Of a stretch of DNA of 64,000 bases, positions 51,059 through 60,208 are shown piece after piece. Source of the DNA: an uncultured delta proteobacterium (GTDB lineage Bacteria > Desulfobacterota > RBG-13-43-22); the NCBI GenBank assembly GCA_963821645.1, contig CAWGEQ010000039.1, positions 5,766 to 69,765 on the forward strand, read 5' to 3'. Under the pieces are notes generated by a model. It was not told where the DNA came from. It searched no databases and saw nothing but the letters and a program-made list of their open reading frames with translations. Both the position numbers and the translations under genes were made by a program. Position 1 is the stretch's first letter, and each line of letters begins with the position of its first letter.

Positions 51059-52654
51059 ATGATGGGAAAAAAATCACTTTATCTTTCACCCAGCCAGGTT
51101 GAAAAAAAATTTAAAGATGCCCGTCTGGGACTCAAAGAGACGCTGTCTTTGATAGAAATGACCTGGGAGGACCCCCCCCGGAGTTCGGTCCTTAAACCTT
51201 CCAGTCGATTATTTAATCCCCTGGATCGGTTGTCCCGTTCGACGGTCAGGGGGAGCCGGATCCAACGATTCAGGCCCAACGGTCCCACTCAACCTTTTCA
51301 AGTGTTTGAGGTCTATACCCAGGAAAAAGAGGTATTGGCCTATTTAAACTTGCTTTATTTGCGCAAACCCCTTCCCTGCTATTATTTGGTTTACGTGGAA
51401 GTAACTCCTTCATTACGAGGAAAAGGATTGGGAAACCGGATACTGGAGGCCTTTCGTGACCTGGTTGAAGAAAAGGGGGCGCTGGGCCTTTTGGATAATA
51501 TCATCCCCCCCGAAGACCCTACCTTTGATATTTATACCAAACTGGGCTGGACCTCCCTTGATAACCTGATCGGGTCCGACGAAGGCTTGAATCAAGGCCA
51601 TTATATGATCTACCACCCCACAAGTTTAAAAACGAAGTCTTTTAAACTCAAGCTTTCCCAGTTGATTTTCAATCTCGAGAAAAAAAGGCCCGTGATTGAG
51701 ATGCAGGACAACGAATTAATGGTTCAACGAACCATCCGGGAGTTCAATGACCTCCATTCGGCCTTGAAAAGGCTCTTTAAAAAAGAGCTTGAATCCGGAA
51801 ACAGTTCCCCCCTGATGCGTTTTATGTTCACCAAATTTACCACCCGATTGTTGGGTTTTCAAAGACGTATCCAGGAATTATTGGGTTATACCGGCGGTGA
51901 GTCCTTAAAACAAATCGCGCTCTCTTCCCATATCTGTTCTCTGCCCATTCAGCCCTTCAACTTTGTTCCGGAAGGAAACGATTTTAAACTATTCGGAGAT
52001 CCTTCTTTATGGACGTCTTTACCCCATGCCATAAAGGCCAATCCTACTCTGGCCATTGAAAGATTGCCCTTATATCAAAGACCCTATCTGAAACAATGGA
52101 TGGAGGAAAAAGGATGTTCCGAGCCTCTCAGGCTGACCATTGCCGACCTTTTGGATCTTGGTTTCGATCCCACCCGCTTGAGGGAACTGGCCCTCCCGGA
52201 TCGCGTTTTTATGTTTGAGCGGATCTCCCCCGTCCTCCTCGATGAAATTGAGGAAAGAAAAGACTTAGTCCATAAAATAGATCGGAAAACTCGAGAAATC
52301 AGGATTCAGCAGGCTCAAGTCAAAATCAATCCACCCCTTCTCTGGATTCACGACCGGGGAAACGGTTATATTTTACGAAGAAAGATAGAGGGGATCCACT
52401 GGGAGGAAGCGGTTTATCAACTCAAACAAAATCCGGACCTCCGGTTTCTCAATCAGCACCTGTTATTGGATCAAAAACTGACTAAAATCATAGGAGAGAC
52501 AATGAACTGGATTAAGGCCCACATCCGGGTCTCCGATCCGTCGATCATTCAAGACTTGGCCTATTTTGTCCCCTGGAACCTGGAGAAGAACCGTCCGCTG
52601 TTCTCCATTGACAACGCCAATGTCCCCTATTTAGAAAAGATTTGGGTGGCCTGA
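51059..52654 (+). CDS. GNAT-domain protein with long uncharacterised C-terminal region
   Basis: 531 aa. GNAT motif A-like VEVTPSLRGKGLGNRILEAF. The remaining ~380 aa are not recognised. Start uncertain (no RBS). Confidence 0.55.
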   Translation: MMGKKSLYLSPSQVEKKFKDARLGLKETLSLIEMTWEDPPRSSVLKPSSRLFNPLDRLSRSTVRGSRIQRFRPNGPTQPFQVFEVYTQEKEVLAYLNLLYLRKPLPCYYLVYVEVTPSLRGKGLGNRILEAFRDLVEEKGALGLLDNIIPPEDPTFDIYTKLGWTSLDNLIGSDEGLNQGHYMIYHPTSLKTKSFKLKLSQLIFNLEKKRPVIEMQDNELMVQRTIREFNDLHSALKRLFKKELESGNSSPLMRFMFTKFTTRLLGFQRRIQELLGYTGGESLKQIALSSHICSLPIQPFNFVPEGNDFKLFGDPSLWTSLPHAIKANPTLAIERLPLYQRPYLKQWMEEKGCSEPLRLTIADLLDLGFDPTRLRELALPDRVFMFERISPVLLDEIEERKDLVHKIDRKTREIRIQQAQVKINPPLLWIHDRGNGYILRRKIEGIHWEEAVYQLKQNPDLRFLNQHLLLDQKLTKIIGETMNWIKAHIRVSDPSIIQDLAYFVPWNLEKNRPLFSIDNANVPYLEKIWVA

Positions 52655-52700
52655 TTCCGCTTTTTTCTTGACAAGCCGGATTGACCATGAATACCTTAAA

Positions 52701-52752
52701 AAGGTCAAAGGTCAAAGGTCAAAGGTCAAAGGTCAAAGGTCAACAGGTCAAA
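52701..52752. repeat. six perfect tandem AAGGTCA units plus one variant
   Basis: aaggtca x6 (52701-52742), then acaggtca. Confidence 0.9.
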
Positions 52753-52772
52753 GCCGCTCCAAGGTTTCCCAA

Positions 52773-53456
52773 ATGATAAACTGGTCTAAAAAAACCCTCG
52801 GGGTTCTCTTGTTTTTTTTAGGGACAGGGCTGGCCGTTTCCGCCCCTCTGGCCCCTTCTTTAAAAATTCCTTCCCCGGACTATGACTTTGGGGAGGTCGA
52901 AGAAGGGAGTATCCTGTCCCACGACTACCTGATAAAAAATACCGGTCCTGGAATCCTGGAAATAGTTAATGTTCGACCCGGCTGAGGCTGTTCCGTGGCC
53001 CATTTTGACCGGGCCGTCTCCCCAGGAGGGGAAGGGAAAATTTCCTTAACGGTAAATTTAAAAAGGTATCATGGACAGGTCTGGAAATCAGCCACGATTG
53101 TCAGCAACGACCCGGAAAAGCCAAATGTAACGTTGAGCTTTCATGGAAAGATCCGCCCTTTTATTGAATTACTCCCCACATCTTCCATCGAATTCAGGAG
53201 TAAGGGGCCGGGGCAAGAAGAAAAAACCATCGATATCCTGGCCACCTCACACCCCTTTCATATCCAAAAGATAGAAAACGGACTTACCGAGAAAATCAGA
53301 TATCGTTTAGAGACCGTTAAAGATGGTCAGCACTATCGGCTCAAAATTACCAGGATTCAAAAATCAGGAAAATTTTTTGGATTCATTAAGTGTTTCACCG
53401 ATCACCCCCAAAAACCGGAAATTCAAATCCCGATTATAAACAATCTCGACGGGTGA
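52773..53456 (+). CDS. secreted DUF1573-family protein with in-frame TGA (52983-52985) at the first Cys of the CGC motif; candidate selenoprotein or nonsense pseudogene
   Basis: ORFs 52668..52985 and 52995..53456 share one frame. Signal peptide MINWSKKTLGVLLFFLGTGLAVSA. YDFGEVEEGS...IKNTGPGILEIVNVRPG[TGA]GCSVA...PGGEGKISL...IVSNDP. Confidence 0.6.
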
Positions 53457-53465
53457 CCTGAAACC

Positions 53466-54686
53466 ATGCATCTTGTCGCCCTTACCCATCTCTTTTCCCC
53501 GGCCAGGGGAGGGACGGAAAACGCCCTCCTCGATTTGGCCAAAGGACTGGTTAAAAAGGGACATCGGGTAACCGTGGTCACATCCAATCAAATCCGCCTG
53601 GAAGATTTTAGAAAGCCTCGACCCAATCCTTCCCTGCCGGGGGAAGAATTCAAAGAGGGCATTCATATTATCCGTTTACCCCTTTCTCCAAGCCAACGGT
53701 TCATCTTAGCCAAAATAGGGGCCCTGGCCCTGCGCAGTGGTCTTATGGGTGGAGAAACCTTCTGGTTCATGACCCATGTCCCCCACCTTCCCCAGATGAT
53801 CAAGAAGGCCCGGGAACTCAACCCGGACCTTGTCTATGCCGTCCCCTTCCCGACCGCATCCATTTATTATGCTTCGGCGGCCGCTAAAAAAATAGGCCGC
53901 CCGTGGGTCATTCAACCCCATCTTCATTTTAATGACTTAAATGCCTCCCTGGTAAAAATCATCCGCTGGATCTTCCCCAAGGCTTCAGCCATATTGACCA
54001 ATACCCCGGCTGAAAAAAATTATTTAATCCAACAAGGTCTTCAGGGCGACAAGATTCATGCCTTGGGACAAGGGCTTGACCTTACCCTTCTGGAAGGGGG
54101 GGACGGCTGCCGTTTCCGTTCAACCCTTGGTCTCACCGACGAACCCCTGATCCTTTTTCTGGGCCGCAAGGTGCAGGATAAGGGGATCGACATCCTCTTA
54201 GACACCATGCCCTTGATCTGGAAAGAGGAACCCCGCTCGGTCTTAATCTTGGCCGGTCGGACCAGCCCCTATTTTAAGACCTTATACAACGGCCATTCCC
54301 TTTCTAAAGATTCCCGTATCATTTCTTTGGATGATTTTCCGGATGAAAAAAAATTGGACCTCCTGGCGGCTTGTGACCTGCTCATCCTTCCTTCCCGGGT
54401 CGAAAGTTTTGGGGTGGTTTTTTTGGAGGCCTGGGCCAAGGGAAAACCGGTCATCGGGGCCCCCATACCGGCTGTCGCCGACCTGATCGATCAGGGGGAA
54501 GATGGGTTTTTAGTCACCTACGGCGATCGACTCGGCCTGGCCGCCGCAGCGACCAGACTGATAAAAGATCCTGCCCTCCGAAGGACTATGGGAGAAAGAG
54601 GGAAGCTCAAGGTGCAGGAGCGATTTGAAATCGGCCGAATTACCGATCGCATGGAGGCTTTATTTTTGAGCCTCATAAAGTCATGA
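53466..54686 (+). CDS. glycosyltransferase family 4 (GT-B)
   Basis: 406 aa. GGTENALLDLAKGL, C-terminal ESFGVVFLEAWAKGKPVI..., EDGFLV. Confidence 0.85.
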   Translation: MHLVALTHLFSPARGGTENALLDLAKGLVKKGHRVTVVTSNQIRLEDFRKPRPNPSLPGEEFKEGIHIIRLPLSPSQRFILAKIGALALRSGLMGGETFWFMTHVPHLPQMIKKARELNPDLVYAVPFPTASIYYASAAAKKIGRPWVIQPHLHFNDLNASLVKIIRWIFPKASAILTNTPAEKNYLIQQGLQGDKIHALGQGLDLTLLEGGDGCRFRSTLGLTDEPLILFLGRKVQDKGIDILLDTMPLIWKEEPRSVLILAGRTSPYFKTLYNGHSLSKDSRIISLDDFPDEKKLDLLAACDLLILPSRVESFGVVFLEAWAKGKPVIGAPIPAVADLIDQGEDGFLVTYGDRLGLAAAATRLIKDPALRRTMGERGKLKVQERFEIGRITDRMEALFLSLIKS

Positions 54687-55546
54687 CTGAAGTCGCCCTT
54701 ACAGTATCGGTGGTCATTTGTACCTTAAACCGCGAAGAGTCCCTGATCCATGTCCTCAAACTCTTGAAAGATCAGACCAGGCCACCATTGGAGATCCTGG
54801 TTATGGATCAAAGCCGGGAGCATAAGCCGGAGACCTGGGATTACCTGAAGGAAAACCAAGACCGGATCCGCCTCTTGCCCTTGCCTTTCCCGTCCACTAC
54901 CGGGGCCCGCAACATGGCCCGGAAAGACGTACGGGGGGACATCGTCCTCTTCCTGGATGATGATGTCCTGTTTCATCCCACCTTGATTGAAACCCATCTG
55001 GAAAACTATCGGGATGAACCTCTGGGGGCCGTCAGCGGCAAGGTCCTTTACGACGGCTGTACGGAAAATGACTGGCCCTGGGCGGCTCGAATTACCCCGA
55101 GCGGGAAATACCTCCGGAATTTTACCACCGATCAAAGATGCCTGGTTCCGACCTTGTACGGCTGTAATATGTCCATCCGGAATAAGGTCCTTCAGGAGGT
55201 CGGGGAATTCGACCTGAATTACTGGGGTAACTTTTTATGGGAGGAGGTGGATTATGCCCTTCAGATCCGAAAGCATGGGTATCAGATCCTCTATGAGCCA
55301 AGGGCGGCGGTATTTCATGTCATGGAAAAGCAGGGAGGGAGCAGAACCCCCCCTCCTCGAAGGTATCTGGAAAGTACGGTTTTCAACGACTGGTATTTTT
55401 TCTTTAAATATATCCCCAAAAAATTTTGGCCCTTTTTGTTATACCGGCAGAAAAGGACCTGGTTTGAATACCTCAAGGTAAACCGGGGGAATATCCTTCC
55501 CCTGCTTAAACAAATAAGCCTGGCCCATAAAAAAATATTCCCCTGA
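54683..55546 (+). CDS. glycosyltransferase family 2
   Basis: 287 aa. VSVVICTLNREE, FLDDDV (DXD), GCNMSIR. Confidence 0.85.
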   Translation: MTEVALTVSVVICTLNREESLIHVLKLLKDQTRPPLEILVMDQSREHKPETWDYLKENQDRIRLLPLPFPSTTGARNMARKDVRGDIVLFLDDDVLFHPTLIETHLENYRDEPLGAVSGKVLYDGCTENDWPWAARITPSGKYLRNFTTDQRCLVPTLYGCNMSIRNKVLQEVGEFDLNYWGNFLWEEVDYALQIRKHGYQILYEPRAAVFHVMEKQGGSRTPPPRRYLESTVFNDWYFFFKYIPKKFWPFLLYRQKRTWFEYLKVNRGNILPLLKQISLAHKKIFP

Positions 55547-55756
55547 CGAGGAATAAATATTTAAAAAAATCTTGACTTGCGTAGATAAGGCTATTAAAGT
55601 CCTTTGTCATTAAATCCGTCATTGACCCAGGTTGGCGTGGATGACGGTCGAAGTTGGTGAACAACTCGACGGGCTCAGGCATCGGAGAAACTCTCCTCGG
55701 TGCTTTTTTTTTGGCAAGTCGGCCCCCAACTTGAGAAATACTTCAAGAGGAGGGAT

Positions 55757-55966
55757 ATGACTATGCCTGAAGGACGCGTAAAGTGGTTCAACGAAAACAA
55801 GGGTTATGGCTTTATTGAAGTTGATGATCAGGATAAGGATGTTTTTATCCACCATTCAGCGATCAGTATGCAGGGTTTCAGGACCTTGCAAGAAGGCCAG
55901 CGGGTAAGCTTTGATATCGAGCAGGGTAAAAAAGGCCCGGCTGCGGTCAATGTAAAGGCCCTGTAA
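55757..55966 (+). CDS. cspA: cold-shock protein (CspA family)
   Basis: [15 protein letters not shown] (RNP1), VFIHHSAI (RNP2). Long 5' UTR. Start at 55757 or 55763. Confidence 0.95.
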   Translation: MTMPEGRVKWFNENKGYGFIEVDDQDKDVFIHHSAISMQGFRTLQEGQRVSFDIEQGKKGPAAVNVKAL

Positions 55967-55990
55967 CCTTTCGTTAATCATCAAAAAGCA

Positions 55991-56024
55991 AAGGGGGATG
56001 AAGGTCTATTCGTCCCCTTTTTTA
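55991..56024 (+). terminator. rho-independent terminator after csp
   Basis: aagggga...tcccctt followed by a T-run. Confidence 0.6.
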
Positions 56025-56147
56025 TGACCACCGAAGACCACCGCTTCTTTTTTTCTCCTTGACCCCTCTTTAGGCCTATCTTATATTCTCCCTGTAAAAT
56101 ATTGAGTACAATTTTTCCTAACGATCCATCCAAAAACGGAGGACCCT

Positions 56148-56639
56148 ATGGCCAAGTCTTCCCTGATCACCGATGAGGCCCGGGCACTCATCGGGAAAGA
56201 GTCCGAACCGGTCACCGGAGAAGTGTACGCCAAAGACATCCGCCGATTTTGTTACGCCGTTGGGGACCTGAACCCCCTTTACCTGGATGAGGAGTTTGCC
56301 AACCAGACCAGCTTTGGCGGAATCGTCGCACCCCCCATGTTTTTTGACATCCCGACACTTCCGGAATATCCCCAGGACCGGTTGAAAGAGGACGGCCTGC
56401 CCCAAACCGGATTAGGGCCGCCGCTCAAGGTGACCCGGGCCATGGCCGGCGGAAACGAGATCGGGTTCTTCAAACCCATACGAGTCGGCGACCGGATCAC
56501 CCGAGTGAGCAAGATCGCCGAGATCTACGAAAAGGAAGGACGCTCCGGAACTCTGGTATTCACGGTTTACGAACACCGATATTCAAACCAGGATGGCGAT
56601 CTGGTGGCCGTGGAGCGGATGACCGGGATTTCCTGGTGA
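56148..56639 (+). CDS. MaoC/FAS1-like dehydratase N-terminal-type hotdog subunit
   Basis: 163 aa. FCYAVGDLNPLYLDEEFA...GGIVAPPMFF. Confidence 0.75.
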   Translation: MAKSSLITDEARALIGKESEPVTGEVYAKDIRRFCYAVGDLNPLYLDEEFANQTSFGGIVAPPMFFDIPTLPEYPQDRLKEDGLPQTGLGPPLKVTRAMAGGNEIGFFKPIRVGDRITRVSKIAEIYEKEGRSGTLVFTVYEHRYSNQDGDLVAVERMTGISW

Positions 56640-56649
56640 GGAGGGCGGA

Positions 56650-57084
56650 GTGAATCGTCGGCAGCGATACTTCGAGGACGTGCAGGTCGGGGAAGAGATG
56701 CCTGACATGGCCAGGGTCCCCACGCGGGCCCAGCTTTTCATGTACAGCGCCGTCAGTTGGAACGTACACCGGATCCATTATGATCAGGATTACGCCAAGA
56801 GCGAAGGACATCCGGCTGTCCTCGTCCACGGTCCGCTTCAGGGTGCCTTTTTGGGTCAATATCTGACCGACTGGGCAGGGCCGGAAGGAAGACTCAGAAA
56901 AATCGGTTGGATCAACAGGGGCCGGGCCTTCGCCGAAGAACCCTATATCATCAAAGGCCGGGTGAAGGCCAAGCGGAACGCCGCCGGGGAGGACCTCGTC
57001 GACTGTGAGATTTGGAGCGAGAACCACGGGGGCGAGCGGCTAATCGTCGGCGAAGCCACCGTCTCCCTTCCTTCCCGCCGGTGA
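56650..57084 (+). CDS. MaoC-like dehydratase hotdog subunit
   Basis: 144 aa. YSAVSWNVHRIHYDQDYA...VHGPLQGAFL. GTG start. Confidence 0.8.
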   Translation: MNRRQRYFEDVQVGEEMPDMARVPTRAQLFMYSAVSWNVHRIHYDQDYAKSEGHPAVLVHGPLQGAFLGQYLTDWAGPEGRLRKIGWINRGRAFAEEPYIIKGRVKAKRNAAGEDLVDCEIWSENHGGERLIVGEATVSLPSRR

Positions 57085-57113
57085 GGGTCCAAGCGGGTTA
57101 ATATTAGGTTGTC

Positions 57114-57142
57114 TTGACACGCTAACCGCTTTTCCCTATACT
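57114..57142 (+). promoter_or_regulatory. near-consensus sigma70-type promoter
   Basis: TTGACA (57114-57119), 17 nt, TATACT (57137-57142). About 260 nt upstream of the peptidase start. Confidence 0.45.
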
Positions 57143-57406
57143 TTTTCAAAATATTCCTTACCATGGAAATAAGGTTCAAACCCTGGAGAGTTTAACCATG
57201 GATGATGGAAGGGTTGGGCATTCCCTCGGGGTGCGGGAGTGATGGTAGAAGGGTGCTATCAAGGGCGATGGGAATAGACAACCAATCGGTTCTGCCCCGC
57301 ACCTCCGTGGGGGAGACGGTTTCGGAAATTTTTTACGCCTTTGTCAACCATGGAGATGATTTTTCTGACGGTTAAACAAAATCTGGAGAATGTACAGGAA
57401 GAAACT

Positions 57407-60076
57407 ATGAGAAAAAAGTCAAAATTCATTTTGCGGGTCTGTCTGTGGATGGCCTTGCTTTTGGTGCTTTCCGTCATCGAGACGGCTGCGGCGGTCGATA
57501 GTGTCCGGGCCACCCTTAATAACGGCCTTAAAGCCGTGGTGGTTCGGAATCAACTGGCCCCGGTGGTGACGACCATGGTCAATTATTTAGCCGGCTCCAA
57601 TGAAGCCCCGGAGGGCTTTCCCGGAATGGCCCATGCCCAGGAACACATGATGTTCCGGGGCAGCCCGGGCCTTTCGGCCGCACAACTTTCCAATCTCATC
57701 GCGGCCATGGGCGGTAATTTTAATGCCAACACCCAGCAGACGGTCACCCAATACTATTTCACCGTACCGGCTGAAGACCTGGCCTTGGCCCTTAAAATCG
57801 AGGCCGTCCGGATGCAGAATGTGCTGAACGAACAGAAATTGTGGGAACAGGAACGGGGGGCCATCGAACAGGAGGTCGCCCAGGATTATTCAAACCCCAT
57901 GTATATCTTCTACAGCACCCTCCTTTCCAAAATGTTTGCCGGGACCCCCTATGCCCATGATGCCCTGGGGACCCGGCCCTCGTTTCAGAAAACCACCGGC
58001 GCCATGCTTAAAGAATATTACGACCGATGGTACGGCCCGAATAACGCCATCCTGATTGTTGTGGGTGATGTGGACCCGGAGGCGACCCTCGGCCTTGTCA
58101 AAGAAATATTCGAGGCTATTCCCTCGCGGCCCGTGCCTCCCCGGCCTGAAATCCATCTCCAGCCACTCAAACCGGAGATGATCCGATTGAATACCGATTT
58201 GCCCTACGGTCTTTCCGTGGTGGCCTATCGTTTCCCGGGATACGGCAATCCGGATTTCGCCGCCGGGCAGGTCCTGGGAGATATCCTGGACAGCCAACGG
58301 AGCGACCTCTTTGAACTGGTGACTAAGGGAAAGGCCTTGATGTCCGGGTTCAACACGACCGCCCTTCCCCAGGCGGGAATGGGCTATACCCTGGCCGCCT
58401 TCCCCAAGGGGAAAGACGGCCAGGGCATGATCAAGACCTTGAAGGAGATTATCGCCCGATATGGCGAAAAGGGCTTTTCGGAAGACCTGGTGGAGGCCTC
58501 AAAACGCCGCCAGGTGGCCAATGCCGAATTTCAGAAAAATTCGGTTGAAGGCCTGGCGTCTGCCTGGTCCCAGGCACTGGCCATAGAAGGCCATCATTCT
58601 CCGGATGACGACATTGAGGCCATTAAGCGGGTCTCGGTGGAGGATGTCAATCGGGTGGCCAGGACCTACCTGATTAATGATACCGCGGTCACGGCCGTTT
58701 TGACACCCCAACCCCAGGGGAAAGTCGTTTCATCCAAGCCTTTTCACGGCCGGGAGTCTTTTGCCCCCAAAGAAACCAAATCGGTCAGCCTGCCGGATTG
58801 GGCGGAAAAGGTTTTGAAACCCCCATCCCTGCCGGTCTTCAAGGTGAATCCCCAGGTAACTATCCTGCCCAATGGTTTGCGTTTGATCATCCAGCCCGAG
58901 AAGATCAGCCGAACCGTCAGCCTCTTCGGACGGGTTAAAAACAAACCGGATCTACAGACCCCTAAAGGCCAGGAAGGGGTGTCCGATATCCTTGAGGACC
59001 TCTTTACCTACGGGACGGTCACCCTGGACCGGCTGGCTTTCAGAAAAGCGGCCGACGACATCGCCGCTGATCTTCAGGCCGGCAGCACCTTCTCCCTCCA
59101 GGTCTTGAGAGATCAATTTGACAAAGGGGTGCAGCTATTGGCCGATAATCTGCTTCATCCGGCCTTGCCGGAATCGGCCTTCAAGGTCGTCAAGCAAGAA
59201 AATATCGAACTGACAGCGGGGAAATTAAAAAGCCCCGGATATTTAGTGCGGCGGTCCCTTCTCCGCTCCCTTTACCCCGAGAAAGATCCGACCCTTCGTC
59301 AAGCCACACCCAAGACACTGGCTTCTGTCTCATTGGCCGATGTTAAAGAGTATTACCAAAAGACCTTTCGGCCCGACCTGACCACCATCGTTATACTGGG
59401 AGACGTAACCCCCGAACAGGCCACGGAGGTCGTCAAAAAATATTTCCAGGAGTGGAAAGCCGTCGGCCCGAAGCCGCGGACCGATCTTCCTCCCGTCCCT
59501 CCTAATAAGGCCTCCCGTACGGCGGTTCCCGATGCCAGCCGGGTACAGGATGAGGTGACCCTGGCCCAGACCCTTGGGCTGACCCGCTCCCATCCGGACT
59601 ATTATGCCCTGCAGGTGGGGAACAACGTCTTGTCCGGGGCCTTTTATGCCACCCGCTTATACCGGGATCTTCGCGAAAAGGCCGGGTTGGTATACACCGT
59701 GGAATCTCACCTGGAAGCCGGCAAGACCCGGGCCATTTTTCAGATCAGCTATGCCTGCGATCCCCCGAACGTCCCCAAGGCCAGAACCATGATCGTCGAG
59801 AATCTAAAAAAAATGCAGACCACGCCGGTGACCCCGGAAGAACTCCGGCAGGCCAAAACCTTGCTGCTTCGGAGAATCATTCTTTCCGAATCCAGGGTCA
59901 GCGGAATCGGTGAACGACTTCTGGAGTTAGCCCTCAAAGATTTACCTTTAGATGAGCCCTTGAGGGCAGCCAGGCGTTATCTGACCGCTACGGCCGACGA
60001 AGTGCAAGCCGCCTTCACCAAGTGGATAAGACCCCTGGACCTGGTCCAGGTGAGCGTCGGCCCAAAACCCAAGTAA
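57407..60076 (+). CDS. two-module M16-family (pitrilysin/insulinase) zinc peptidase, secreted
   Basis: Signal peptide MRKKSKFILRVCLWMALLLVLS. HAQEHMMFRG (HXXEH). Start at the internal ATG of ORF 57341..60076. Confidence 0.9.
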   Translation: MRKKSKFILRVCLWMALLLVLSVIETAAAVDSVRATLNNGLKAVVVRNQLAPVVTTMVNYLAGSNEAPEGFPGMAHAQEHMMFRGSPGLSAAQLSNLIAAMGGNFNANTQQTVTQYYFTVPAEDLALALKIEAVRMQNVLNEQKLWEQERGAIEQEVAQDYSNPMYIFYSTLLSKMFAGTPYAHDALGTRPSFQKTTGAMLKEYYDRWYGPNNAILIVVGDVDPEATLGLVKEIFEAIPSRPVPPRPEIHLQPLKPEMIRLNTDLPYGLSVVAYRFPGYGNPDFAAGQVLGDILDSQRSDLFELVTKGKALMSGFNTTALPQAGMGYTLAAFPKGKDGQGMIKTLKEIIARYGEKGFSEDLVEASKRRQVANAEFQKNSVEGLASAWSQALAIEGHHSPDDDIEAIKRVSVEDVNRVARTYLINDTAVTAVLTPQPQGKVVSSKPFHGRESFAPKETKSVSLPDWAEKVLKPPSLPVFKVNPQVTILPNGLRLIIQPEKISRTVSLFGRVKNKPDLQTPKGQEGVSDILEDLFTYGTVTLDRLAFRKAADDIAADLQAGSTFSLQVLRDQFDKGVQLLADNLLHPALPESAFKVVKQENIELTAGKLKSPGYLVRRSLLRSLYPEKDPTLRQATPKTLASVSLADVKEYYQKTFRPDLTTIVILGDVTPEQATEVVKKYFQEWKAVGPKPRTDLPPVPPNKASRTAVPDASRVQDEVTLAQTLGLTRSHPDYYALQVGNNVLSGAFYATRLYRDLREKAGLVYTVESHLEAGKTRAIFQISYACDPPNVPKARTMIVENLKKMQTTPVTPEELRQAKTLLLRRIILSESRVSGIGERLLELALKDLPLDEPLRAARRYLTATADEVQAAFTKWIRPLDLVQVSVGPKPK

Positions 60077-60077
60077 T

Positions 60078-60196
60078 CCGCATCCGGAAATTCAAGATTT
60101 CCGGATGCGGCGTTCAGCGTATGGCGTCGCGTTTAACCAAATCGATTTTTACAGGAGTTTTGCCGAAAGCTGAAAGCTGATCACTGATTGCTCCAT
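60078..60196. repeat. tccggaaa-hairpin / GCTGAAA element (R7), truncated at the right end
   Basis: Perfect 13-bp hairpin ccgcatccggaaa-ttcaaga-tttccggatgcgg (60078-60110) right after the peptidase stop, then gccgaaagctgaaagctgatcactgattgc. Confidence 0.7.
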
Positions 60197-60208
60197 GAAA
60201 GGAAACCC

